Positions 45,421 through 55,212 of a stretch of 64,000 bases of DNA are shown here, piece by piece. Under the pieces are notes generated by a model. That model did not search any database. It was not told the origin of the DNA and was given only the letters and a program-made list of their open reading frames with translations. The translations under genes and the position numbers were made by a program. This DNA is from Kiloniellales bacterium (lineage in GTDB: Bacteria; Pseudomonadota; Alphaproteobacteria; Kiloniellales; JAKSDN01): positions 21,300-85,299 of the forward strand of contig JBHJOF010000078.1 in NCBI GenBank assembly GCA_050330055.1. Direction: 5' to 3'. The first letter of the stretch is position 1; the number at the start of each line of letters is the position of its first letter.

Positions 45421-46380
45421 CTAGTATTCCAGCCGGTCGCCGCGGCGGAACAGCCACGACAGCAGCAGCACCAGGGTCATGACGACGATGAAGGAGACCA
45501 CGGCGATCGCCGAGGGATAGCCGAGATCGAAGGTGTCCCACTGAAAGGCGCGCTTGTAGGTGTAGGTCGAGAGCGTCTCGGTGGCCCAGAGAGGCCCACC
45601 CTTGGTCATGATCCAGACCAGGTCGAAGACCTTCATCTTGCCGATGAAGGCGAGGATCAAGAGATTGACCAGGGTGATGCGAATCATCGGGATCTTGACG
45701 TGGATGAGCTTTGCGAACCAGCCGCAGTTGTCGAGCTCGGCCGCCTCGATCACCTCGCTCGGCAGCGAGTGCAGGGCGGCCAGGCAAATCACCATGTGGA
45801 AGCCGACCCACTTCCAGGCGTCGACCAGGATGACCGCCCAGAGCGCCGTGTCCGGCCGTCCGAGCCAGACCTCGGTCCAGCTTTCCAGGCCGAGCCCGCG
45901 CAGCAGCGCGTTCACCACGCCCCAGTCGTAGTTGTAGATCCACATCCAGATGACGCCGACCACCACGTAGGAGATCAGCACCGGCGAGAACCAGGCGACG
46001 CGGAAGAAGCGGGCAAAGGGTATTTTGGTGTAGAGGCAGGTCGCCAGCAGCAGTCCGAGGATCACGTCGACAATGGGCGCGACCGTGGCCCAGATGAAGG
46101 TGTTGACCACCGCCTTGTTAAAGATGCGGTCGCCCGTCAGGAGCTCGATGTAGTTGGCGATGCCGACGAACTCATCCGGCTGATGCGGCCGGATCAGGTG
46201 GATCGAGTTGTAGAAGGTCTTGAGGACCGGATAGGCGGTGAACAGCAGATAGAGCAGCAGGGTAGGCGCCAGGAACGCCATGATGACGCCCCAGCTGTTG
46301 GCTCTGAATTCCTCCTGCAAGCGCGCCCAAAGACTCCGACTGAGGGAGACGGCGTCTTTCGTCTGCGTGACTTGGGCCAT
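45421..46380 (-). CDS. Carbohydrate ABC transporter permease (MalF-like)
   Basis: 319 aa, 6 TM, with the EAA loop EAAELDNCGWFAKLIHVKIP. Confidence 0.9.
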   Translation of the reverse strand: MAQVTQTKDAVSLSRSLWARLQEEFRANSWGVIMAFLAPTLLLYLLFTAYPVLKTFYNSIHLIRPHQPDEFVGIANYIELLTGDRIFNKAVVNTFIWATVAPIVDVILGLLLATCLYTKIPFARFFRVAWFSPVLISYVVVGVIWMWIYNYDWGVVNALLRGLGLESWTEVWLGRPDTALWAVILVDAWKWVGFHMVICLAALHSLPSEVIEAAELDNCGWFAKLIHVKIPMIRITLVNLLILAFIGKMKVFDLVWIMTKGGPLWATETLSTYTYKRAFQWDTFDLGYPSAIAVVSFIVVMTLVLLLSWLFRRGDRLEY

Positions 46381-46411
46381 GGCGGGCAGCGTCGCGTCAG
46401 AGAGTCAAGCC

Positions 46412-46442
46412 GAGGGACGGACGCGGATGGCGCCCGTCCCTC
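46412..46442 (-). other. Intercistronic hairpin after the binding-protein gene (9-bp GC-rich stem)
   Basis: GAGGGACGG-N13-CCGTCCCTC, read directly. No U-tract. Confidence 0.4.
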
Positions 46443-46475
46443 ATGGTATCATGAAGCCCAAACAGTGGGGCCAAC

Positions 46476-47798
46476 TCAGCCGTTGTAGCAGGCAGCCTCC
46501 ATCGTCTCGATCGCCTCTTCCGGGCCCATCAGGCCGGCCGGAAAGGCCGCATTCAGCACCTGGATGTAGGTCTCCTTGCAGCCCCCCTTGATGAAGTCGA
46601 TCGGCGTGCCAAGGAAGAACTCGCGGCCCTGGCTGCGCTCCGCCATCTCGGCGAAGTAGCTGGCGTGCTCACCGCTGAAGCCGCCTGAGGCATCGACCTT
46701 GACACCCGTCGCGACCTTGGTCTTCTCCATCCACAGCTTGCCCATCTCGGGGCGAGTCATGATGTCGAGGAATTTGGCGACCAGCTCGGGCTGCTTGGTG
46801 GCAGCGTTGACGGCGTAGGTGCCGGCGACGCCGATCGTCTTACAGTCGTTGCAGGCGCCGCCGTCCATAGCGGGAAACTGCATGATGCCGAGCGGGAAGT
46901 CCTTGGGCTGGCCGCCCTTGTCCGGCGGGTTGAAGGCGCGGCTCGAGTACCAGCTACCGAGCGGGAAGGTGAGGCCGCCGGGCTTTGTGTGGAAGTAGTA
47001 GTGCGACTCGCCGAGCTTCAGAGTGGTGAAGGTCTTGGGATAGGCTCCGGCGTCGATCACCTGCTTCATGTAGTCGAAGACTTCGACGATGCGCGGGTCC
47101 TTGAACGACAGCTCGCCGGCCCAGAGCTTGGCATAATCCTCCCGACCAATCTTGCGCAGCAACAGCTCGTGCAGCAGGTAGGAACCCGGATAGGGCCGGT
47201 CGCCGATACCCTGGACTACCGGCATGATGCCCATCTCGCTGGCGGCCTTGACCACGTTGAGAAGCTCGGCCTGGGTCAGCTGGTAGTCGGGCTCCAGGCT
47301 GGCGCCGGTCTTGTCCAGGACCTTCGCCATTAGTTCCTTGTTGTAGTAGAGCTCGACGGTAAAGGCCTGCATCCCGAGACCGTAGACCTTGCCGTCGCGG
47401 GTCCAGGCCTCCTTGGCGAAGCCCTCGATGCGATCGAGGTCGACCAGATCGTCGATCGGGCGCACGAAACCGCTGTCGACGAACTGCATGCGGTCGGGCT
47501 CGAGATAAATGACGTCCGGGCCCTCGCCCGCCGGCAGGGCCGTCGTCTCGGCGGCGAAGAGCGCCTGCTTCTCGTAGAAGGTGATGTCCAGCGTCGCGCC
47601 GGGGTTCTCCTTGGCGAAGATGGCTTTCGTTTCTTCGAAGTACTCGCGTACGCCCTGATGATCGGCGAAATGGCTCCAGACCGTGAGCGTTTCAGCGGCT
47701 GCCGGCCCGGGAACCGAAATCAGCAGGCCCGAGACGGCCCCCGATAGGCTGATCGTGACCGCCGCGGCGAAAGCACGAAGTGTCGGTTTCGCATTCAT
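46476..47798 (-). CDS. Extracellular solute-binding protein (family 1, sugar ABC)
   Basis: Trimmed to MNAKPTLRAFAAAVTISLSGAVSG..PAAAETL (signal peptide). Size and composition are typical of CUT1 receptors. Confidence 0.85.
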   Translation of the reverse strand: MNAKPTLRAFAAAVTISLSGAVSGLLISVPGPAAAETLTVWSHFADHQGVREYFEETKAIFAKENPGATLDITFYEKQALFAAETTALPAGEGPDVIYLEPDRMQFVDSGFVRPIDDLVDLDRIEGFAKEAWTRDGKVYGLGMQAFTVELYYNKELMAKVLDKTGASLEPDYQLTQAELLNVVKAASEMGIMPVVQGIGDRPYPGSYLLHELLLRKIGREDYAKLWAGELSFKDPRIVEVFDYMKQVIDAGAYPKTFTTLKLGESHYYFHTKPGGLTFPLGSWYSSRAFNPPDKGGQPKDFPLGIMQFPAMDGGACNDCKTIGVAGTYAVNAATKQPELVAKFLDIMTRPEMGKLWMEKTKVATGVKVDASGGFSGEHASYFAEMAERSQGREFFLGTPIDFIKGGCKETYIQVLNAAFPAGLMGPEEAIETMEAACYNG

Positions 47799-47935
47799 CT
47801 GGCAGGCCCTCCCCAATGATCGACGTTCGTTGTTGGCAGCGCGGCCGGTCCGGCCCGCTACGGTTCTCGCGACCGGCAGTATGAAAGCTCCGGAAAAATT
47901 GTCAATGATTTCGTCAACTATCTTTCCGGCTAAGC

Positions 47936-48250
47936 TCAAGGCACCTCCACATCGAGGTCGAGGATCAGGAACGACCAGGACTTGCCGTGCGAATCGAGGT
48001 TGAGGGAGCTGTTCACGCCGCCTTCGATGGCATCGTGCAGCACGAAGTTGAGGCCGTGAATCCGGTCCAGGTCGTAGCGCTCGACCGAACCGCGGAACAG
48101 CCTGGGATAGGCCTGCTTGATGCGCTCCGGCGTGAGCTGCGCCTTCAGCAGCTCGTAGTGCTGCGGATCGTAGACCCAGACCGAAACGTTTGAGATGTTG
48201 CCCTTGTCACCGGCGCGGGCATGGGCGATCTCGCGCAGCTTGACGCGCAT
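47936..48250 (-). CDS. Small AtuA C-terminal-like protein (DUF4387-type)
   Basis: Trimmed to MRVKLREIAHARAGDKGNISNVSVWVYD... (104 aa). It starts 2 nt after the DUF1446 gene stop. The family name is from memory. Confidence 0.6.
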   Translation of the reverse strand: MRVKLREIAHARAGDKGNISNVSVWVYDPQHYELLKAQLTPERIKQAYPRLFRGSVERYDLDRIHGLNFVLHDAIEGGVNSSLNLDSHGKSWSFLILDLDVEVP

Positions 48251-48252
48251 GA

Positions 48253-49590
48253 TCAGGCCTCCAGCACTTCGGTCTGCGCGTGGATCAGGTCGCGCGCGAC
48301 GAAGGCGGACTGGGTTATCACCTTGGGCGTGATCTGGCCACGGAAGCCGCCGCCGCCTGCCGGGCCGCAGCAGAGCAGCGACTCGACTTCCCAAAGGGCA
48401 GTTTCCACGGCCTCCCGCTCGAGATCCTGGTAGGTCGCGAAGACCCTGACGTCCTGGGTGTCGCTGCTGCGCTCGATAGCGGTGGCGTGGATCGAGTTGA
48501 GCCCGATCAGGTCGACGCGCAGTCGGCCGGACAGCTTGTGCAGCCTGGTGATGCGTTCGCGCAGGATCTCGCGCGCCAGGGTGGCCCGGCCCTGCGCGCC
48601 GGGGCCGGAATAGCTGATGCCGGCCTCGCCCTGGAAGCCACCGTCGAAGCCGACCGTGACCTTGAGGCGATCCGGTCGCTCACGCCCGCGCGCGCCGGAA
48701 AGGCGCACCCGATCGCGGCCGTCCTGGTGCAGCTCGACGCCAGAAAAGTCCGCGGTCACGTCGGGCGTCAGGTAGGCCGCGGGATCATGTACCTCGTAGA
48801 CGAGTTGCTCTTTCACCGTGTGCAAGGTGACGCAGCCGCCGGCCTCGGCCAGCTTGGTCACCACCAGCCCGCCCTCGGCGTCGATTTCGGCCAGGGGATA
48901 GCCGCAGTGGGCCAGATCAGGCACGCTTTTGTAGGGTGGATCGGCGAAGTATCCGCCGGTCACCTGCATGCCGCATTCCAAGAGGTGGCCCATCAGCGTG
49001 CCGGCCGCCAGACGGTCCCAGTCGTCCAGGCGCCAGCCGTAGTGCCGCACTACCGGCGCCATGAAGAGCGAGGGATCGGCGAAGCGGCCGGTAATGACCA
49101 CGTCCGCATCGCTCTCGATCGCCGGCAGGAGGTGCTCGACGCCGAGGTAGGCGTCGGCCCCGACCACCTTGCGGCCGACCTCGCCGATGGACTTGCCCAG
49201 CTCGGGCAGCTCCCAATCCGACGACAGGGACGCCGTGATGTCGTCGCCCAGGACGAAGGCGACCTTGAGGTCGGGGAGCTGCAGATCGCGGGCGACCGCG
49301 ATGCAGGCGGCAGCTGCAGCCCGGGGATTGGCCGCGCCCATGTTGGTGACGATGCGCGTCCCGCTCCGCCTGCAGATCGGCAGCAGCGCACGCATGCGCC
49401 GCTTCAGCAAGCTGTTGTAGCCGCGCTCCGGGTCGAGCATGCGGTCGCGATGGCCGAAGGCCAGGGTGCGCTCGCCGACGCACTCGAAGACGAGATAGGC
49501 GACCCGCCCGCTGGCCGCGAGGGCGCAGGCCGGATCGAGCCGGTCGGCCGAGAAACCGGCGCCGCAGCCTATGGCGATGGATGAGGACAT
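48253..49590 (-). CDS. Acyclic-terpene-utilisation AtuA-like protein (DUF1446)
   Basis: 445 aa, MSSSIAIGCGAGFSADRLDPA...YLVFECVGERTLA..., the conserved N-terminus of DUF1446 proteins. Confidence 0.75.
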   Translation of the reverse strand: MSSSIAIGCGAGFSADRLDPACALAASGRVAYLVFECVGERTLAFGHRDRMLDPERGYNSLLKRRMRALLPICRRSGTRIVTNMGAANPRAAAAACIAVARDLQLPDLKVAFVLGDDITASLSSDWELPELGKSIGEVGRKVVGADAYLGVEHLLPAIESDADVVITGRFADPSLFMAPVVRHYGWRLDDWDRLAAGTLMGHLLECGMQVTGGYFADPPYKSVPDLAHCGYPLAEIDAEGGLVVTKLAEAGGCVTLHTVKEQLVYEVHDPAAYLTPDVTADFSGVELHQDGRDRVRLSGARGRERPDRLKVTVGFDGGFQGEAGISYSGPGAQGRATLAREILRERITRLHKLSGRLRVDLIGLNSIHATAIERSSDTQDVRVFATYQDLEREAVETALWEVESLLCCGPAGGGGFRGQITPKVITQSAFVARDLIHAQTEVLEA

Positions 49591-49675
49591 GGGCGCACCC
49601 TTCCAGACCCCGGTGAGAGGCGGCTATCCTGCCATCGCCGGGCCGGCGGGCCGATACCGAGCGGTGACCGCAATA

Positions 49676-49690
49676 GACAACCGGATTGTC
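49676..49690. promoter_or_regulatory. Perfect inverted repeat GACAA-CCGGA-TTGTC (GntR/FadR-type operator candidate)
   Basis: It lies in the divergent region between the DUF1446 gene and the dehydratase gene. A further TTGTCAAT...TTGAC sits just downstream. Confidence 0.35.
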
Positions 49691-49818
49691 GCCTATATTG
49701 TCAATTATCAGGTTGACGGCCCATCGCGGGGCGGTCAGGCTTGCGTCCGACGGTTGTCCGCCCGCGCCGGCGCGTGCGGTGGGTCCTTGGGTGCGCGGTT
49801 GGGGGCAGTGGAACGTCC

Positions 49819-51540
49819 ATGGCGAAATCAGGTCGCAGCGGACTGAGGACCAATCTCACAAGCTACGGTGACGAGGCTTTCTCGCTGTTCCTGCGCAAGG
49901 CCTTCATCAAGGCAATGGGCTATTCCGACGACGCGCTCGATCGGCCGATCGTCGGAATCGCCAACACCGCCAGCGGCTTCAATGCCTGTCACCAGACCGT
50001 GCCGCTCCTGGTCGAGGCGGTGAAGCGCGGCGTGATGCAGGCCGGCGGCCTGGCCATCGACTTTCCCACCATCTCGCTGCACGAATCCTTCGCCCACCCG
50101 ACCTCCATGCTCTATCGCAACCTCATGGCGATGGACACCGAGGAGATGCTGACGGCTCAGCCGATGGATGCGGTGGTGCTGATCGGCGGCTGCGACAAGA
50201 CCGTACCGGCGCAGCTGATGGCGGCGGCCAGCGCCAACATCCCGACGATCATGGAGGTCGTCGGTCCCATGATCACCGGCAGCCATCGCGGCGAGCGCCT
50301 GGGCGCCTGCACCGACTGCCGCCGTTTCTGGGGCAGGTACCGCGGCGGCGAGATCGACGACAAGGAGATCGAGGAGATCAGCGGCCGTCTGGCGCCCAGC
50401 GCCGGCACCTGCATGGTCATGGGCACCGCCAGCACCATGGCCTGTGTCACCGAGGCGCTCGGCATGATGCTGCCGGGCGGGGCCTGCGTGCCGGCGGTAC
50501 TGGCCGATCGCCTGCGCCACGCCGAGGCGAGCGGCCGGCGCGCCGTGGCCCTGGCCGCGGCCAAGCTGCTGCCGGCGCAGATCATGACGCCCGAGGCCTT
50601 CTCGAACGCGCTGCGCGTGTTGCTGGCGATCGGCGGCTCGACCAACGCGCTGATCCACCTGACGGCGGTCGCCGGTCGGCGCGGCATTCGCATCGACCTG
50701 GAATCGCTCGACCGCATGAGCCGCGAGACTCCGGTCCTGGTCGACCTCAAGCCTTCCGGGACGCAATACATGGAGGATCTGCACCGCGCCGGCGGACTGG
50801 CGCCGATTCTGCGCGAGCTCAAGGAGCTGCTGCACCTGGATTGCTTGACGGTCAGCGGGCGGACGTTGGGCGCGGAGATCGAGGCGGCGCAGGCGGCCTG
50901 GGAGCAGTCGGTCATCCGGCCGAAGGACGCGCCGGTTCATCAGCAGGGCGGCTTGGCCGTGCTTTTTGGCAACCTCGCCCCGCGTGGTGCGATCATCAAG
51001 CAATCGAGCGCAGCGCCGGAGCTGCAGATCCATGAAGGCCGCGCCGTGGTCTTCGACTCCCTGGATGACCTGGCGGCAAGAATCGACGACCCCGCCCTCG
51101 ATGTGGCGGCGGAGGACGTGCTGGTGCTGCGCAATGCCGGGCCCAAGGGCGCACCCGGCATGCCGGAGGCGGGTTACATTCCGATTCCGAGGAAGCTCGC
51201 GCTGCAAGGCGTGCGTGACATGGTTCGCATCAGCGACGCGCGCATGAGCGGCACCGCTTTCGGCACGGTGGTGCTGCACGTCACGCCCGAGGCGGCGATC
51301 GGCGGACCCTTGGCGCGGGTCCGCAGCGGCGACCGCATTCGCCTGGACGTACCGAAACGTCTCCTCGATTTGCTGGTCGAGCCCGAAGAGCTGGCCGTGC
51401 GGCCGGTCGCCCCGGAGCCGGATCACGGTATCGCACGAGGCTACAAGCGCCTTCATCTCGATCATATCCTGCAGGCCGACGAGGGCTGCGACCTGGATTT
51501 TCTGGTGGCCGCGCCGACATCATTCTCTCCGCTCTACTAG
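49819..51540 (+). CDS. IlvD/Edd-family dehydratase (sugar-acid dehydratase-like)
   Basis: Trimmed to MAKSGRSGLRTNLTSYGD.... Family blocks: IGIANTASGFNACH, LIGGCDKTVP, SAGTCMVMGTASTM, RMSGTAFG. Confidence 0.9.
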   Translation: MAKSGRSGLRTNLTSYGDEAFSLFLRKAFIKAMGYSDDALDRPIVGIANTASGFNACHQTVPLLVEAVKRGVMQAGGLAIDFPTISLHESFAHPTSMLYRNLMAMDTEEMLTAQPMDAVVLIGGCDKTVPAQLMAAASANIPTIMEVVGPMITGSHRGERLGACTDCRRFWGRYRGGEIDDKEIEEISGRLAPSAGTCMVMGTASTMACVTEALGMMLPGGACVPAVLADRLRHAEASGRRAVALAAAKLLPAQIMTPEAFSNALRVLLAIGGSTNALIHLTAVAGRRGIRIDLESLDRMSRETPVLVDLKPSGTQYMEDLHRAGGLAPILRELKELLHLDCLTVSGRTLGAEIEAAQAAWEQSVIRPKDAPVHQQGGLAVLFGNLAPRGAIIKQSSAAPELQIHEGRAVVFDSLDDLAARIDDPALDVAAEDVLVLRNAGPKGAPGMPEAGYIPIPRKLALQGVRDMVRISDARMSGTAFGTVVLHVTPEAAIGGPLARVRSGDRIRLDVPKRLLDLLVEPEELAVRPVAPEPDHGIARGYKRLHLDHILQADEGCDLDFLVAAPTSFSPLY

Positions 51541-51675
51541 ATAGCGGACAATAGCAGCGCTGGACATCTCCCCTATGAGCCAAGTTCGGCGACTGCTGCC
51601 CTTGTCGACACAAATGCGTGCCTCTTGCCATGACGGTCTTGCCGAGCGCACCCTGGCGCCGCCGGGGATGCCGCA

Positions 51676-52155
51676 TCAAGACCGCTTGGCCGCCAGATCG
51701 GGCCGGTAGGTGGCAATGTCGCCGTACTCGACGAACTCCAGCACATTGCCCTCTGGGTCCCGCGCGAAGGCGAGATAGGTCGCAGGGCGCACCTCGATCC
51801 CCTCGTCGCCGGTCAGCAGCTCGACGCCGGCCTCCTTCAGGCGGTCGATCATCGCCTGCAGATCGTCGACGATGAAGGTGAAGTAGGCCGCATTGCGGCG
51901 GTCCAGAATCCATCGGGTCGGTGCCGAGCTGTCCGGCGGGCTTTTCGGCTGCAGCAGCTTCAGGCGCTCGCCCCAGGGAGTCTGGATGCGGACGACCCGA
52001 TAGCCGGAGCCCGACAAGGCAGCTTGCTGCGCCTTGGCCGGCGGCACCTCGACGTCGCTCACCAGCTCGCAGCCGAGCGTGCCGGTGTAGAATGCGAGCA
52101 GCCGGTCGAGATTCTGACAGCAGATGCCGACCTCGAGCGGCGCAACCATCTTCAT
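51676..52155 (-). CDS. VOC/glyoxalase-family protein
   Basis: Trimmed to MKMVAPLEVGICCQNLDRLLAFY... (GGGAG 7 nt upstream). It has the paired beta-alpha-beta-beta-beta style and ends ..FARDPEGNVLEFVE. Confidence 0.72.
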   Translation of the reverse strand: MKMVAPLEVGICCQNLDRLLAFYTGTLGCELVSDVEVPPAKAQQAALSGSGYRVVRIQTPWGERLKLLQPKSPPDSSAPTRWILDRRNAAYFTFIVDDLQAMIDRLKEAGVELLTGDEGIEVRPATYLAFARDPEGNVLEFVEYGDIATYRPDLAAKRS

Positions 52156-52174
52156 CGCAATACTCCCAGGCCCG

Positions 52175-54361
52175 TCATGCGGCAAGCGGCCGCCCTTTGT
52201 CGGCCATCACACGTTTCAGGCCGGCCTCGATTTCCTCGACGCCGGCGAAGGCGGCGCGCTCAAGCACCTTCGACACGCTGGGCGAGGCCTCGCCGCCGTG
52301 CACCCGTTGCACCGGCTGGTCGAGCCAGTCAAAGAAGCGCCGGTGGATCTCGTCGCCGAGCAGCGTGCCGTAGGATGTGCCGATCGCGCCCTGCTCTACG
52401 ACCAGCACATTGTTGGTCTTGCGGATGCTGCGGCCGATGGTGCCCCAGTCGAGACTGGCCCGGTCCAGAGAGCGCAGGTCGACGACCTCGGCGTCGAGGC
52501 CCAGGCGCTCGACCGCTTCGAGCGTCCGCTGCACCATGGAAAGGTAGGTCAGCACGGTCACTTCGCTGCCAGCGCGCGCCACTGACGCCCGGCCGATCGG
52601 GATGTGATAGTCCAGGTCGTCCACCGGCGCCGGCCCGGTGCTGTTGTAGAGATCGACGTGCTCCAGCACCAGGACCGGATCCTTGCAGGCCAGGGCGCTG
52701 TTCATGAGACCAACGTAGTCGAAGGGCGTCGAGGGCGCGACGATGCGCCAGCCGGGGCTGGTGGCGAAGATGCCGGTCGGATCCATGGAATGCTGCGAGC
52801 CATAGCCGGTGCCCATCGCCACCTTGGTACGCAGCACCAGCGGCATGTTGCTGTCGCCGCCGAACATGTGACGGGCCTTGGCGATCTGGTTGAACACCTG
52901 GTCCGCGGCGACCCACATGAAGTCGGGATACATGAATTCGACGACCGGCTTGTAGCGCCCGTCCATGGCGACGCCGCCGGCCAGGCCGGCGAAGGCGTTC
53001 TCACTGATCGGCGTGCCCAGGATGCGGTCGGGGAAGTCCTGGCTCAGCCCGCGCGTCGCACTGTTGGTGCCGCCGCGCAGGCGGTGAATGTCCTCGCCCA
53101 GGACGAAGATGGAGGGATCGGTTTCCATCCGCCGGTGCATGACCTCTGCCACCAGATCGATGAACTTCCGCTCCTCGACCTTGCCGGTGAAGCTCGACAG
53201 CTCGGCAGTGCGCAGTCCCTCGAGCTCCGACAGGTCGCCGCGCACGCCGTAGTCGCGAAAATCCGGGCTGGGCCAGAGCGCGTCGCGGATCTTACGCTTG
53301 TTGGCCGCCGGCTCGGTCAGCGCGTCGACCGCGCGCGCCATGGCGGCCTGGGCGCGCGAGCGCAGCGCGTCGACCTGCGCCTTGTCGATCACACCGCGGC
53401 CGATCATCTCGCGCGCCACCTGGTCCAGCGGATCGCGGCTGCGCCAAGCCGCTTCCTCTTCCTTCGTGCGGTAACCGAAGGCGCTGCCCGGCATCGGGCC
53501 GCTTTGATGGAAGAAGCGATAGACCTCGGCCTCGATGATGGTCGGACCCCTGCCGGCGCGCATGTGCGCCAGCGCCTGATCCATCGCCAGCTTGACCGCC
53601 AGCAGGTCCATGCCGTCGACGCGCCAGGCCGGGATCTTGAAGGCCTGGCCGCGTGACGACAGGCGCGGCTCGGCCGTTGACTCGTCGACCGTGGTGGCCA
53701 CGGCATAGAGGTTGTTCTCGATGAAGAAGCAGAGCGGCAGATCCCAGGCCGCGGCCAGGTTCATGGTCTCCAGCACCGAGCCGATGTTGACCGCCCCGTC
53801 GCCGAAGTAGCTCACCACCACGTCGCCAGTGCCGGCCCGCTTGTGGCTCCAGGCGGCGCCGGCCGCCATCGGCACGCCGCCGCCGACGATGGCATTGGTG
53901 CCGAGCACGCCGGCCTCCGCCCAGCGCAGGTGCATGGAGCCGCCGCGGCCTTTGCAGAAGCCCTGGGCGAGCCCCATGATCTCGGCCAGGGTCTTCTGCA
54001 GCAGCACCTGCACCTCGTCGGGCAGCTCGACCGCCGGATCGAGCCCCTGCTGCGCCAGATAGCAGAGCGACTTGGCGAGGAACTGGTGGTGGCCCCGGTG
54101 CGAGCCGTTGACCTGGTCAGAGCGGCGCAGCGGCGTGATCGAGCCCACGGCGCCGCCCTCCTGCCCGATACTGGAGTGCGCGGGCCCATGCACCAGCCCT
54201 TCGCCCACCAGCATGAGAACTGCCTCCTCGAAAGCGCGGATCAGATGCAGGTTGGTCAGCATGGCACCCAACAGCCGCGGCTCCGCGGCGGCCCAGTCTT
54301 CGCGGGTGCTGCGCAGCTCCACCCAGGGCGCCTCGCTGTGCAATGGCTTGCTCTGCGGCAT
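52175..54361 (-). CDS. Fused thiamine-diphosphate-dependent dehydrogenase E1 alpha-beta (728 aa)
   Basis: Trimmed to MPQSKPLHSEAPW.... The N-terminal half is E1-alpha-like (GQEGGAVG, GRGGSMH, YFGDGAVNIG..NLAA). The C-terminal half is E1-beta/transketolase-like (GEDI..GGTN, PISENAFAGLAGG, LVLEHV). Confidence 0.85.
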   Translation of the reverse strand: MPQSKPLHSEAPWVELRSTREDWAAAEPRLLGAMLTNLHLIRAFEEAVLMLVGEGLVHGPAHSSIGQEGGAVGSITPLRRSDQVNGSHRGHHQFLAKSLCYLAQQGLDPAVELPDEVQVLLQKTLAEIMGLAQGFCKGRGGSMHLRWAEAGVLGTNAIVGGGVPMAAGAAWSHKRAGTGDVVVSYFGDGAVNIGSVLETMNLAAAWDLPLCFFIENNLYAVATTVDESTAEPRLSSRGQAFKIPAWRVDGMDLLAVKLAMDQALAHMRAGRGPTIIEAEVYRFFHQSGPMPGSAFGYRTKEEEAAWRSRDPLDQVAREMIGRGVIDKAQVDALRSRAQAAMARAVDALTEPAANKRKIRDALWPSPDFRDYGVRGDLSELEGLRTAELSSFTGKVEERKFIDLVAEVMHRRMETDPSIFVLGEDIHRLRGGTNSATRGLSQDFPDRILGTPISENAFAGLAGGVAMDGRYKPVVEFMYPDFMWVAADQVFNQIAKARHMFGGDSNMPLVLRTKVAMGTGYGSQHSMDPTGIFATSPGWRIVAPSTPFDYVGLMNSALACKDPVLVLEHVDLYNSTGPAPVDDLDYHIPIGRASVARAGSEVTVLTYLSMVQRTLEAVERLGLDAEVVDLRSLDRASLDWGTIGRSIRKTNNVLVVEQGAIGTSYGTLLGDEIHRRFFDWLDQPVQRVHGGEASPSVSKVLERAAFAGVEEIEAGLKRVMADKGRPLAA

Positions 54362-54381
54362 GGCAGCGTCCTCGATCTCCG

Positions 54382-55212
54382 TCAAACGTATCCATAGGCG
54401 GACCAGCCGCCGTCGATGCCGATCACCTGACCGGTGATGTAGCGGGCGCGGTCGGAGGCCAGGAAGAGCGCCAGGTCGGCGACCTCCTCGACGCTGCCCA
54501 GGCGGCCCTGCGGGGTGCGGCGGACGAGCTGGTCCTCGCTGATCCGGCCGGCCTCCACCAGGCGCCCCACCAGGTCGGTCTTGATGTAGCCGGGCGCCAG
54601 CGCGTTGACTCGGAGGCCGTGCCGCGCCCATTCGATGGCCAGCGCCTTGGACATCATCGCCACGCCGCCCTTGGTCGTGCAGTAGGCGAGGCGCTCGGGC
54701 GCCGCGACCACGCCGTACATCGAGGCGATGTTGAGGATGCAGCCCTGGCCCTGCGCCATCATCCGCGTGGCCGCCGCCTTGGCGCAGAGGAAGACGCCGG
54801 TCAGGTTGACGTCCAGGGTCCTCTGCCAGTCCTCGAGCGACAGCTCCAGGGTCGGCTGGTTCATGGCGATGCCGGCGTTGTTGATCAGTATGTCGAGACC
54901 GCCCCATTCGCGGTCGAGCGTTGCGAAGACGGTGTCCACCGCCGCCGCGTCCGCCACCGAGCCCGGCAGCGCCACGGCCTGGGCACCGGCCTGATGTTGG
55001 ACCGCCGCCAACGCGCTATCCAGCGTCTCGCCCGCGAGGTCGTTAAGCCCGACGCGGCAACCCTGGTCGGCGAAGGCGCGGGCCATGCCGAGCCCGAGGC
55101 CCGCCGCCGCGCCGGTGATCAGCACGCGCCGCCCTTCAAGGTCGGGATAGCGCGCGCCGGCAGGGCTGGCCAGCGCCGTCCGGTCCGGGCTCGTGCTGTC
55201 GGCTACCGTCAT
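54382..55212 (-). CDS. Short-chain dehydrogenase/reductase
   Basis: Trimmed to MTVADS.... TGAAAGLG, NNAG and the YCTTK (YxxxK) motif are present. ATGA overlap with the upstream ABC ATPase gene. Confidence 0.9.
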   Translation of the reverse strand: MTVADSTSPDRTALASPAGARYPDLEGRRVLITGAAAGLGLGMARAFADQGCRVGLNDLAGETLDSALAAVQHQAGAQAVALPGSVADAAAVDTVFATLDREWGGLDILINNAGIAMNQPTLELSLEDWQRTLDVNLTGVFLCAKAAATRMMAQGQGCILNIASMYGVVAAPERLAYCTTKGGVAMMSKALAIEWARHGLRVNALAPGYIKTDLVGRLVEAGRISEDQLVRRTPQGRLGSVEEVADLALFLASDRARYITGQVIGIDGGWSAYGYV

